64,000 bases of DNA, from contig CAYJRR010000006.1 in NCBI GenBank assembly GCA_964372275.1, positions 1 through 64,000 of the forward strand, written 5' to 3'. The notes below the pieces were generated by a model. It was not told where the DNA came from. It saw only the letters and a list, made by a program, of their open reading frames with translations, and did no database searches. Of this stretch, positions 1 through 8,925 are shown in pieces (position 1 is the first letter of the stretch; each line of letters begins with the position of its first letter). This DNA comes from an uncultured bacterium (GTDB lineage: Bacteria > CAYJRR01). Made by a program: the position numbers and the translations under genes.

Positions 1-669
1 CTCGATCGTCCCCAGCTCCACCAGCTTCGCGCCGCGGTCGTAGTCGAGCATGTCGCGGAGCGCGTCGTAGAGCGGGCGCAGGTAGGGGTTCACCTTCTCG
101 GCGATGTCCCCCGGCAAGAAGCCGAGCTTTTCCCCCGCCTCCACCGCCGGCCGTACCAGCACGATCCGCAGCACCTCGCGGCGCAACAGGGCGGCGACCC
201 CCATCGCCATCGCCAGGTAGGTCTTTCCGGTGCCCGCGGGGCCGATCCCGAAGACGACGTCGTGGGTGCGGATCGCGTCGACGTAGATCTTCTGGGTGAG
301 GCTCTTGGGGGTCACCGGCCGGTTGTTGGCGCCGACGTGCAGGACGTCTCCGAAGATCTCCTGGATCCGGCCGGCGCCGCCCTCGCGCACGATCCGGACG
401 ACGTGGTCGACGTCGCTCGGGAACAGCGCGTGCCCGCGGGCGACGAGGCGCTCCAGTTCGCGGAGGGTTTCGGTCGCGATCCGGATCGCCTCCGTCCCGC
501 CGCGCAACGTCAGCTCGTTTCCTCGCCCCTCGATCCGCAGTCCGGCGGCCCGCTCCAGCGCCTTCACGTTCGCCTGTCGCTCGCCGAAGAGGCTCCTCGC
601 GACCGACAGGTCGGCGATCGAGATCGATTCGGAGGCCGTTCCTCCGTTTCCGGTGGTCGTCGTCTCCAC
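1..669 (-). CDS. phoH: PhoH family ATPase (3' end runs off the window)
   Basis: Manual translation (not in ORF track): GIGPAGTGKTYLA Walker A, RPAVEAGEKLGFLPGDIAEKVNPYLRPLYDAL PhoH signature; GTG at 669 is the inferred start. Confidence 0.92.
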   Translation of the reverse strand, partial: METTTTGNGGTASESISIADLSVARSLFGERQANVKALERAAGLRIEGRGNELTLRGGTEAIRIATETLRELERLVARGHALFPSDVDHVVRIVREGGAGRIQEIFGDVLHVGANNRPVTPKSLTQKIYVDAIRTHDVVFGIGPAGTGKTYLAMAMGVAALLRREVLRIVLVRPAVEAGEKLGFLPGDIAEKVNPYLRPLYDALRDMLDYDRGAKLVELGTIE

Positions 670-755
670 GCGCCGCGCACGCTAGCGTACGGCCCCGGCG
701 CGCGCCAGGGGACGGACCAACCGGGAAGACCCCGACGTCCGAAGGGCCCGGCGAA

Positions 756-1982
756 TCAGCGGAAGATGCGCGGCGCGGCCCCTGCCGATTCCGGCGGAGC
801 GACGCGCAGCGGGCGGCCGTCCATCGTCTCCAGGTCGTCTTCGGCCACCAGGTCGGCCTCGAGCAGCTCCTCCAACCCCTTCGGCCAGCGCCCGGTTCGC
901 AGGAAGAAGATCTCCGAGGCGCGCCGCGCGTGGCGCACGCGGTGCTGGTCGACGGCGTCGAAAAGCGTGCCGGCGCGGGACGGGACGAGGGAGCGGGACG
1001 TCTCCGGACCGCGTTCGCCCAACTTGAAGACGACGCGGGAGGTGGCGGCGAGCAGGAGCACCGCCAAGGTCAGCGAGACGCCCACCACCACCTCGGTCAG
1101 CTCGCGGCGGGGGCGCATCCATTCGCCCAGCCGCAGTCCTTCTCCCCGGGCCCGGCCGGAAATCCCCGCCACCTTCTTCTCCAGCAGCGAAGCGAGGGCG
1201 TGGCAGGTATTGAACTCCCCGAGCAGCGATCGGTGACAGATCTCCTGCACCGTGCGCTTCCCGTCGATCAGGTCGAAGACCACCGTTTCCGACGACGAGA
1301 GCTTGATCTTGATCGCCGCCGACCCGGCGCCGACCCCCTCGTCGAACGCGGAGAAGGCGGCGTCGAGGCCGTCGTCTTCCTCCTCCTCGTCACCCTCGGG
1401 TGCGCCGGACCCGCGCTCCTTGCGGGAGACCTGGTCGGCCATCCCCCGCGGAACCACCGGGATCGCGTCGAGACTGTGGATCGCCTTCAACACGCCGGGC
1501 CATTCGTCGACCATCCGGAAGCCGTCCATCAGGACGTGCTCCGGGTTGAGCGGCGTCGTCATCTCCTCGTCGAACTCGACCGGTTGCGGGACGAACTCGA
1601 ACGCCCCCGACCGCCAACGGAAGAGACGGTTGAGCGCCTCCCGCATCTGGAGGTCGAGGAAGCTCTTGAGACTCTCCTTCGAGATCGCCCGGTCGGCGAT
1701 CAGGAGGTCCCCCAGCTTCCGGAGGTTCTTCTGCTGCGCCGCCAGCGCCGCGTCGAGCTGGTCCTTCCTCACCAGTCCCGCGCGCAGCAGGAGCGTCCCC
1801 AGCGGGTCCTTCTCCCGTTTCGGTCCCAGCGCGTCGACGCCGACGATCTTCCCCCCGAGGAAGTAGACGCGGACCTCGGAGTCCGGACTCTTCAGCGTCA
1901 GCACGCCGGCCTTCTGCTGCTGCTGGATCAGCTGGAAGACGTCGGAGATCCCGAAATCGCGAAGGTTCCCCTGCAAGGCCAC
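756..1982 (-). CDS. DUF4388 domain protein with GspE/PilB N-terminal-like module and C-terminal TM segment
   Basis: MALQGNLRDFGISDVFQLI...GVLTL N-terminus typical of DUF4388; LGTLLLRAGLV...LDAALAAQ...KLGDLL motif; hydrophobic helix near the C-terminus. Confidence 0.75.
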   Translation of the reverse strand: MALQGNLRDFGISDVFQLIQQQQKAGVLTLKSPDSEVRVYFLGGKIVGVDALGPKREKDPLGTLLLRAGLVRKDQLDAALAAQQKNLRKLGDLLIADRAISKESLKSFLDLQMREALNRLFRWRSGAFEFVPQPVEFDEEMTTPLNPEHVLMDGFRMVDEWPGVLKAIHSLDAIPVVPRGMADQVSRKERGSGAPEGDEEEEDDGLDAAFSAFDEGVGAGSAAIKIKLSSSETVVFDLIDGKRTVQEICHRSLLGEFNTCHALASLLEKKVAGISGRARGEGLRLGEWMRPRRELTEVVVGVSLTLAVLLLAATSRVVFKLGERGPETSRSLVPSRAGTLFDAVDQHRVRHARRASEIFFLRTGRWPKGLEELLEADLVAEDDLETMDGRPLRVAPPESAGAAPRIFR

Positions 1983-4034
1983 CTAGCGGATCCTCCGTGG
2001 CGCCGCCGGGAGGCCGGCCGGCGCGCGCGTTCCGCCGCGAAGACCCAGGAGCCACAGCAGTCCGAGCACGACCGCGGCCACGGCGACGGCGAGCGACGCC
2101 GCCGATCCCGCCGAGGGATCGTCCGAGCGGAGAAGTCCTCGGCCGAACGCGATTCGGGCCGCGACCAGCGCCCCCGGCACGAGCAGGATCGCCCCCCGGA
2201 GCGTCTCCCCCGCATAGATCCGGCCACCGCCGGGCAGCAGCAACGAGAGCGCCCATCGCCACCGCCGCATCCGGGCGGCGTGGCGCTGCACCTCGGCCTC
2301 CTTGAGAGCGCGTTGCTTGGGGTCGACGCCGTCCCCTTTGACGAAGGCGTGGAAGCACTGGACGCAGAGGTCCTCGTCGAGCGGCGCGCCGTCGCACCGG
2401 ACGCACAGTCCACGTCCGCACCGGGGACAGGATCGCGCCGGCACGGCTCCGCGGGAGCCGATTCCGATGGCGAGGGCCGCCACCAGGAACGATCCGAACA
2501 GAACGGGGACGTTCGACAGCGGAACCGCAGGCGAGAGGTGCCGCCAGGTCTGCCGGGCGACCGCTTCGGCCGCGCCGCCGGCCGACGCCCGTTCCAGCAG
2601 CCGCGCGTCGGAGACCGAGTCGAGCATGAACAACCGGTTCAGGTAGTCGGCGGCGAACAGCGACTCCCCCTCCCCCACCTTCCGCTGGTGGGGCGCCAGG
2701 AGCTTCCGTCCCAGGAGCCGGTCGCACGCCTTGGCGTCGATCTTCCGCGCGGCGGCGATGTTCGAGGTCGACCGCTCGATCTCGGTCCGCTCGGCGTAGG
2801 CCCTCGAGAGGTTGAACATCGCTGCGACCCGGGACGGATCGTAGGAGAGCGCCTTCTCCCAGGCGCCGATGGCGTCGGCGATCGATCCGGAGGCGTAGCG
2901 CAGGATGCCGATCCCGACCCACGGGCGGGAATCCCCGGCCTTGAGCGCCCGCTCGTAGTGCTGCTCGGCGAGGTCGTAGCGGCCGGAGCGGAGGTGGGCG
3001 TTGCCGAGGATCAGCAGGCGGTCCGGATCCCGGTCCAGGTCCGGGATCGCGGCGAGTTCGGACAGCTCGTCGTCCGAGACGGCCCCCTCGTGCGCGGCGG
3101 CGAAGAGCGTGTTCGCCTCGCTCGTCTCGAAGGCCAGTCCGAAGCCGATCTGCCGGACGACGAGCGGCGAGACGATCCACGCCACGAGGAACAGCGCGCC
3201 CAGCAACCGTTCCCGTCTCGCGGAGGCGGGCCACAGGCACAACGTCAGCCAGCCGAGGAGGGGGATCGGGCCCAGCCCGAACAACAGCGGGAATCCGAGG
3301 AACGGCAGGAGCACCAGGGCGGCGGCCCACACCGGGATCCGGTCGGTGAGCGCGTGCCGGAAGTCGTGGACGATCGAGCGCCGATGTCGAAGCAGGAGCA
3401 GCGCCAAGGCCGCCGCGTGGGCGAGGAAGATCCCGCTGAACAGCGTCACCCAGGCGTTCGCGATCAGCCGCGTCCGCGACCGCAGGTTGCGCCAGGTCGC
3501 GGCGGCGGCGTCGGCCATCGACGTGGCGACATCGTCGTACCGTCCCGCCGCGAACTGCGCAGCGGCAAGCGCGAGATGCGCCTCGGCGCCGTCGGGGAAG
3601 AGCTCCGTCGCCGCCTTGGCGATCGGGATCGCCTGCGCCGCCTTGTCGGCGCGGACCAACTCCCGCGATTCGAGCGCGAGTGCCGCGGCGATCGTCGGGG
3701 CGTTCTCCAGGCCGGCGTCGTGGAGCACCTCGATCAGCGTGGAGAGCGAGGTCTCGGCGCTGACCGCGTCGCCACGCGCCCGGTGGTATTCGCGCACAAA
3801 CCAGGCGCGCTCGAGCGGTGTCCGCGCCCGGAAGAGCGCCTCGTTTCCGAGCGGCGTGTCCGCGGGACCGATGAAAGCAGGGAGCTTCAGCCCTCGAAGC
3901 CGACCCGGCTCCGGCGAGCGGAGACCGGCGGTCGGATCCCGCCATCCCACCTCCACCGGGAGGTGGACCTCCGGAGCGGAGGCTGCGGCAGACCGGGTGG
4001 CGAGAAGCAAGACGAACGGAATCGCGAACCCCAT
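1983..4034 (-). CDS. Multi-pass membrane tetratricopeptide-repeat protein with a Cys-rich putative Zn-binding module
   Basis: Signal peptide, TPR-like helices (LGNAHLRSGRYDLAEQHYERAL), several TM stretches, CPRC-x4-CVRC-x9-CVQC; abuts the DUF4388 gene. Confidence 0.7.
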   Translation of the reverse strand: MGFAIPFVLLLATRSAAASAPEVHLPVEVGWRDPTAGLRSPEPGRLRGLKLPAFIGPADTPLGNEALFRARTPLERAWFVREYHRARGDAVSAETSLSTLIEVLHDAGLENAPTIAAALALESRELVRADKAAQAIPIAKAATELFPDGAEAHLALAAAQFAAGRYDDVATSMADAAAATWRNLRSRTRLIANAWVTLFSGIFLAHAAALALLLLRHRRSIVHDFRHALTDRIPVWAAALVLLPFLGFPLLFGLGPIPLLGWLTLCLWPASARRERLLGALFLVAWIVSPLVVRQIGFGLAFETSEANTLFAAAHEGAVSDDELSELAAIPDLDRDPDRLLILGNAHLRSGRYDLAEQHYERALKAGDSRPWVGIGILRYASGSIADAIGAWEKALSYDPSRVAAMFNLSRAYAERTEIERSTSNIAAARKIDAKACDRLLGRKLLAPHQRKVGEGESLFAADYLNRLFMLDSVSDARLLERASAGGAAEAVARQTWRHLSPAVPLSNVPVLFGSFLVAALAIGIGSRGAVPARSCPRCGRGLCVRCDGAPLDEDLCVQCFHAFVKGDGVDPKQRALKEAEVQRHAARMRRWRWALSLLLPGGGRIYAGETLRGAILLVPGALVAARIAFGRGLLRSDDPSAGSAASLAVAVAAVVLGLLWLLGLRGGTRAPAGLPAAPRRIR

Positions 4035-4069
4035 CGCGCGATCGCAACGCTACCACGGGGACGGAGGGC

Positions 4070-5104
4070 ATGTTATCGAAGCGTTCGATGGCGTTCGGCC
4101 GGTCCACCCCCGCAGCCCACCCCGACGCGGTCCTGCGGGCGGCGATGGCGGCGACGCCGGGACCCGCCGTGCTCCTGACCGGAGCCCTCGACCGCGCCGG
4201 CGTCGAGCCCTGGTACGTCGAACACGCCCTCGAGCAGATCGCCGAGCGGGCGCTCGGCGAGGGCGCGCGCGATTTCAACCTCGACCGGATGCGTGCGGAC
4301 GAGGCGGGGGCCGATCGCGTCGTCGGACGTGCGGAGACGCTGCCCACCTTCGCCACGCGGCGCGTGGTCGCCGTTTCCGACGTCGATCGCTTTCGCGCCG
4401 CCGACCAGGAGCGGATCCTCGCCTACCTGGAACGGCCGGCTCCGACGACGACGTTGCTCCTGTCGTCGACGCGGCTCGACCGGCGCACGAGCTTCGGTAA
4501 GGCCCTCGAAAACCTTCCCCAGGTCTGGCGATTCCGCAAGCTGGACCCGCCGGAGCTTGCGTCGGCGCTGGTCGCCTACGCGCGGAGTCTGTCGAAGCGA
4601 CTGCTTCCGGCCGCTGCCGAGGAGATCGTCCGCCGGGCGGGGGAGGATCTGCGGCTGCTCCGCGTCGAGGTGCAGAAGCTCGCACTGTTCGTCGGAGACG
4701 GGCGCGAGTCGATCGACGAGCGCGACGTCGCGGAAGCGACCGCCGGGGCGGGGATCGCCGATGTCTTCGCCTATGCCGATCGCCTGGGGCGAGGCGATCT
4801 CGCGGGGGCCCTGGAGCGATTGGGGACCCTGCTCGAAGGCGGCGCGTCGGCCTACGAGCTGATCGGGGGGCTGGCCTGGCACTTCCGGTCGATGCTGCGG
4901 GCGAAGGGGGGCGGAAAGTCGGTCTGGATCCGGCCGGAGATCGCGGAGGCGGCGCGGTCGTTCCCGACGGCTTCGCTCCTCGTCGCCCATCGCGAGATCT
5001 ACCGCGCCGACGGAGCGCTCAAAGGGGCCCACGGCCCCAACGGTCTGCGCGACGAAGCGGTCATGGACCGCCTCACCCGCCGCATCTGCGCCCTGCGCGG
5101 ATAG
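4070..5104 (+). CDS. holA: DNA polymerase III delta subunit
   Basis: DFNLDRM...AETLPTFATRRVVAV, EVQKLALF, size 344 aa; usual holA-rpsT convergent arrangement. Confidence 0.85.
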   Translation: MLSKRSMAFGRSTPAAHPDAVLRAAMAATPGPAVLLTGALDRAGVEPWYVEHALEQIAERALGEGARDFNLDRMRADEAGADRVVGRAETLPTFATRRVVAVSDVDRFRAADQERILAYLERPAPTTTLLLSSTRLDRRTSFGKALENLPQVWRFRKLDPPELASALVAYARSLSKRLLPAAAEEIVRRAGEDLRLLRVEVQKLALFVGDGRESIDERDVAEATAGAGIADVFAYADRLGRGDLAGALERLGTLLEGGASAYELIGGLAWHFRSMLRAKGGGKSVWIRPEIAEAARSFPTASLLVAHREIYRADGALKGAHGPNGLRDEAVMDRLTRRICALRG

Positions 5105-5129
5105 GGAGGCAACTCCGCGGCGGCGTCCG

Positions 5130-5390
5130 TCAGCTCGCCGCTTTGGTGCGGTTGGCCGCCTTGGCCAGGCGCGAAACGAGGCGCGACGCCTTGCTCTTGT
5201 GGATGATCCCGGCCGACGCGATCCGGCCGATGTCGCGCACCGCCTGGGCGACCGCCTTGGCGTCCCCCTTGGCGGCGGCCGCTCGGCCGGCCTTGAGGCT
5301 CTCCTTCAACGCCTCCTTGGCGTTGCGGTTGCGGCTGCGGTGCTTCTCGTTCTGTCGCTGCTGCTTCTCGGCGTCTCGATGACGTGCCAA
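5130..5390 (-). CDS. rpsT: 30S ribosomal protein S20
   Basis: 86-aa basic protein, AEKQQRQNEKHRSRNR and GIIHKSKASRLVSRL; TTG start with GGAGG upstream. Confidence 0.92.
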   Translation of the reverse strand: MARHRDAEKQQRQNEKHRSRNRNAKEALKESLKAGRAAAAKGDAKAVAQAVRDIGRIASAGIIHKSKASRLVSRLAKAANRTKAAS

Positions 5391-5449
5391 AGGGGCCTCC
5401 GGAAAGCGCGCACTCTAGAGCCCCCGCGGCGAGCGCGTCAAGCGAGCGG

Positions 5450-6049
5450 TCACTTGAGGGTGAAGGTGAGCTGGTCGACGAAGTTGAGAACGTCGGCGGC
5501 GGTCCGCCGGTAGTCGACGTCCGGCGTCTGGATCAGGATCGTTCCGCTCGGATCGACCGTCCCTTGGCCGAGGTAGATCCGCTGGTAGTCGTCCTTCGAT
5601 TCGCTTTTCCGGCCTGCGCCGAAGTTCTTCCGCGCCGTGACCGTCACCGTGTTGGTGCCGGCGGCGACCAACCGGGAGACGTCCTCCACCACCGGCGGCT
5701 CGCCGGAACGGACCGTCTTCACCAGGTTTCCGTTCAAGAAGACGTCGAAGTCGTATTGGCTCGAGCCGAGGGCGCGCTCTTCGGAGATCAGGAAGAACCG
5801 TGCCTTGGGAAGGGCCGGCGTCGGCGCGGGGTTCGGAGGGGGAAGGGGGGTGACCTTCTCCACCTTGTAGGTATCGCTCTGGATGTGGACGTTGCCGTCG
5901 GCGTCGATGAAGACGTCGACCTTCTCGAAACGCTGGCCACGCACCGAGTCGATGCGTTCGCCGTTGAGGGTCACGCCGCGGTCCGCCTCCGCGGCGAGCG
6001 CCGTCGAAGGGGTCCCGGCCAGGAGGACTAGGCAGAGGAATCGACGCAT
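5450..6049 (-). CDS. Secreted hypothetical protein (beta-rich)
   Basis: Start reassigned to ATG 6049 giving signal peptide MRRFLCLVLLAGTPSTALA; coding-like composition. Confidence 0.7.
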   Translation of the reverse strand: MRRFLCLVLLAGTPSTALAAEADRGVTLNGERIDSVRGQRFEKVDVFIDADGNVHIQSDTYKVEKVTPLPPPNPAPTPALPKARFFLISEERALGSSQYDFDVFLNGNLVKTVRSGEPPVVEDVSRLVAAGTNTVTVTARKNFGAGRKSESKDDYQRIYLGQGTVDPSGTILIQTPDVDYRRTAADVLNFVDQLTFTLK

Positions 6050-6176
6050 TGTCGACCTCGCGGGTGATCCAGTACGATGACGAACGGAGGATATCACGGA
6101 ACCTTTCGAAAATAAAAGGGAACCGGCACTGCGACGCCGATCCGGCTGGGTCCGCCGCGGGTCGATCGCGGCGGCG

Positions 6177-8189
6177 GTGGGGATCGTCCTCGGGGCCTTG
6201 AGCGGAGTCGGATTCGCCGCGCTGTCGGACCTTCCGGCGCTCCGCCGCCTCGAGGAGTACCACCCGGCGACCTCGACGCGCATCCTCGACCGCGAAGGGC
6301 GCCTGCTCGACGAGATCTTCGTCGAGCGTCGCGAGCCGGTGGCGGCGGCGGAGATCCCGGAGGCGTTGAAACAGGCCCTGATCGCCACCGAGGACGCGCG
6401 GTTCTACCGCCACCACGGGATCGACGCGCGCGGACTGGTGCGCGCGGTCCTGCGCAGCCTCGTCTCCGGCGAGCGGATCAAGGCCACCAGCACCCTCACC
6501 CAGCAGCTGGCGAAAAACCTCTTCCTGACCCCCGAGCGTTCGCTCGTCCGCAAGCTGAAGGAGATGGCGCTCGCCTTCCAGATCGAGCGCACCTACACCA
6601 AGGCGCAGATCCTGACCCTCTACCTGAACCAGATCTACCTCGGAAGCGGCTCGTTCGGCGTGGAGGCGGCGGCGAAGCGCTACTTCGGCAAGGGGGTGCG
6701 GGAACTCGATCTCGGGCAGTGCGCGCTGCTCGCCGGCCTGCCCAAGTCGCCGGCCGGCTACGACCCGTTCCGCCACCCCGACAAGGCTCGGGCTCGCAGG
6801 GCGGTCGTCCTCTCCCGGATGCGCGATGAAGGCTTTCTGACCGAGGCCGAGGTGGAGCGCTGGCGGGAGGCGCCGCTGGCGCTGGTCCCCGAGGAGTCGC
6901 GCGCGTCGGGACGCGGACGGGCCCCCTACTTCGTCGCCGCGATCCGACCGGCCCTCGAGGCGCGGTTCGGAGAGGACGCCCTCTATCGGGGCGGGCTGCA
7001 GGTCTGGACGACCCTCGATCTCGATCTGCAGTCGGCCGCGGAGGAGTCGCTCCTCGGAGGGCTCGCCGCGGTGCGGGCGCGCCAGATCGACCACACGCGC
7101 CGGGCGGGCGGCGATCCCGGGACCGCCGAGGAGCCCGAGGGGGCGTTGATCGCGTTGCACCCCGCGACCGGTGACGTGCTGGCGTGGGTGGGCGGCCGTT
7201 CGTGGGCCAAGAGCCAGTTCGACCGCGCGTCGATGGCGCGGCGCCAACCGGGATCGGCCTTCAAGCCGATCGTGTTCGCGGCGGCGATCGAAGCGGGCTA
7301 CACGCAGGCCAGCCTGCTCTGGGATGCGCCGATCTCCTACCCCGACCGCCGCACCGGAAAGGAGTGGACGCCGAAGAACTACTATCCTGGATACCTGGGA
7401 CGCATCACGGTCCGCACCGCGCTGGAGCAGTCCTCGAACAGCGCCAGCATCTACCTCCTCGAGCGGATCGGCGTCGGGACGGTGGTCGACGAGGCTCGGC
7501 GGCTCGGCATCACCTCGCCCCTCGCCCCGAATCTCACCCTGGCGTTGGGAAGCTCCGATCTCACGTTGCTGGAGCTGACGCGCGCCTACGCGGCGATTGC
7601 CAACGGCGGCGTGAGGACCGAGGAGCGGACGATCCTGCGCGTGCTCGACCGGAACGGTCGCACGCTCTTCGAATCGCCCCCCAGCCCGGGACGCCCCGCG
7701 ATGTCGCCGGAGAACGCCTACGTGGTCGCCGACCTGCTTCGCGGCGTGACCACGCACGGGCTCTCGCGGCGCGTCGGGGATCTGCCGTTCTGGGTCGGCG
7801 GCAAGACCGGGACGACGAACCGCTCGACCGATTCGCTGTTCGTGGGCTTCACAAGCTCGCTGGCGGCCGGCGTCTGGGTCGGACTCGACAGCCACAAGCC
7901 GATGGCCTGGGGCGAGTCCGGCTCGCGCGCCGCCCAGCCGATCTTTCACGAGTTCGTGGCCAAGGCCGCCGCCAAGACGGCGCCGCTCGCCGCGCTGGCG
8001 GCGCCACGGGCGGTGAACACGGTGGAGGTCGACCCCGAGTCGGGCCAGCGCGCGACCGACGCCTGCGCCGAGCGGATCCCGGTCGCGTTCGTCGCCGGGA
8101 CGGAGCCGGCGCGAGACTGCGCCGAGGAGACGGCGCTTCCGGACCTGCGACATTCCCTCGAGCGTTCGGGCCCGGTCCTCTTCGAGTAG
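6177..8189 (+). CDS. Penicillin-binding protein 1A family (bifunctional transglycosylase/transpeptidase); true start may be CTG about 6129
   Basis: EDARFYRHHGID, STLTQQLAKNLFL, RKLKE TG motifs; SAFK (SxxK), SSN (SxN), KTG TP motifs. Confidence 0.93.
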   Translation: MGIVLGALSGVGFAALSDLPALRRLEEYHPATSTRILDREGRLLDEIFVERREPVAAAEIPEALKQALIATEDARFYRHHGIDARGLVRAVLRSLVSGERIKATSTLTQQLAKNLFLTPERSLVRKLKEMALAFQIERTYTKAQILTLYLNQIYLGSGSFGVEAAAKRYFGKGVRELDLGQCALLAGLPKSPAGYDPFRHPDKARARRAVVLSRMRDEGFLTEAEVERWREAPLALVPEESRASGRGRAPYFVAAIRPALEARFGEDALYRGGLQVWTTLDLDLQSAAEESLLGGLAAVRARQIDHTRRAGGDPGTAEEPEGALIALHPATGDVLAWVGGRSWAKSQFDRASMARRQPGSAFKPIVFAAAIEAGYTQASLLWDAPISYPDRRTGKEWTPKNYYPGYLGRITVRTALEQSSNSASIYLLERIGVGTVVDEARRLGITSPLAPNLTLALGSSDLTLLELTRAYAAIANGGVRTEERTILRVLDRNGRTLFESPPSPGRPAMSPENAYVVADLLRGVTTHGLSRRVGDLPFWVGGKTGTTNRSTDSLFVGFTSSLAAGVWVGLDSHKPMAWGESGSRAAQPIFHEFVAKAAAKTAPLAALAAPRAVNTVEVDPESGQRATDACAERIPVAFVAGTEPARDCAEETALPDLRHSLERSGPVLFE

Positions 8190-8232
8190 CGCCTGCCTGG
8201 ACCCTCGAAATCGGTGATAACGTAGTCGAGCA

Positions 8233-8925
8233 ATGTTCGCCCGTTCGGGCTTCACCGGGGATCGCTCCGCGCTCGCGCGCTCGTCGGGGGAGTCCCCCGC
8301 ACCCCCTGCCGGACCCCTGCCGTTCCTTCGTCGGGGTCTGCTACTCCTGCTCGTCGCCGTCGGATGGGCCTTCTTGCCGGCCGGGGCCAGCGCGGAGACG
8401 ATGTACGAGAACGACCCTCAGCGGGAGCTGAAGGAGTCGATCGAAGACCTCTACGGCGTTTACATCCTCAACCCCTCGCGCCGGCAGGCGCGCGAGAAGG
8501 TGGAGATCGATCCAACCGGCAAGAAGGCGACGCTCTGGCTCTACTACGATCCCCGCAAGCCCGACTTCGAGAAGATCAAGTGCGAGGCGCTGCGCTGGAT
8601 CCTGGTCGGCCGCTTCGGCAAGGGGGGAGCGCAGCCGTTCTTCCAGCAGCACAAGAAGTTCGAAACGGTCGAACTGGTCCTGTTCGAGCTGAAGTCGAAC
8701 CGGACGGTCGACAAGGACGGCAAGTACACCGTCACCAAGACGCCGTCCCCGATCGCGAAGCTCCGCCTCGATCGGAAGAAGTCCGAGAAGCACGACTGGG
8801 CGGCGGTGAAGAAGAAGATGGACATCGGACAGGCGCCGGACGCCGACGCGATCTCCGCCTGCGTCAAGAACGGGGAGTCGCTCGTCAGCGGAAAGCCCCT
8901 GTACAACAAGGACTACTTCAAGTGA
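8233..8925 (+). CDS. Exported Lys-rich hypothetical protein
   Basis: Hydrophobic signal-like segment ending AGASA; strong GC3 coding bias; overlaps the next gene (GTGA). Confidence 0.7.
   Translation: MFARSGFTGDRSALARSSGESPAPPAGPLPFLRRGLLLLLVAVGWAFLPAGASAETMYENDPQRELKESIEDLYGVYILNPSRRQAREKVEIDPTGKKATLWLYYDPRKPDFEKIKCEALRWILVGRFGKGGAQPFFQQHKKFETVELVLFELKSNRTVDKDGKYTVTKTPSPIAKLRLDRKKSEKHDWAAVKKKMDIGQAPDADAISACVKNGESLVSGKPLYNKDYFK

Noticed and set aside
2340-2430. CVQCFH and other CxxC motifs in the TPR membrane protein as heme sites
   Set aside because: None is CxxCH; the pattern fits a zinc-binding module
930-4178. Very long antisense and alternate-frame ORFs (e.g. 930-4178+, 8913-11933-, 27200-30523+, 57672-60437+)
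   Set aside because: Shadow ORFs typical of high-GC DNA: R/G/A/P-rich or antisense to well-supported genes, with no family motifs
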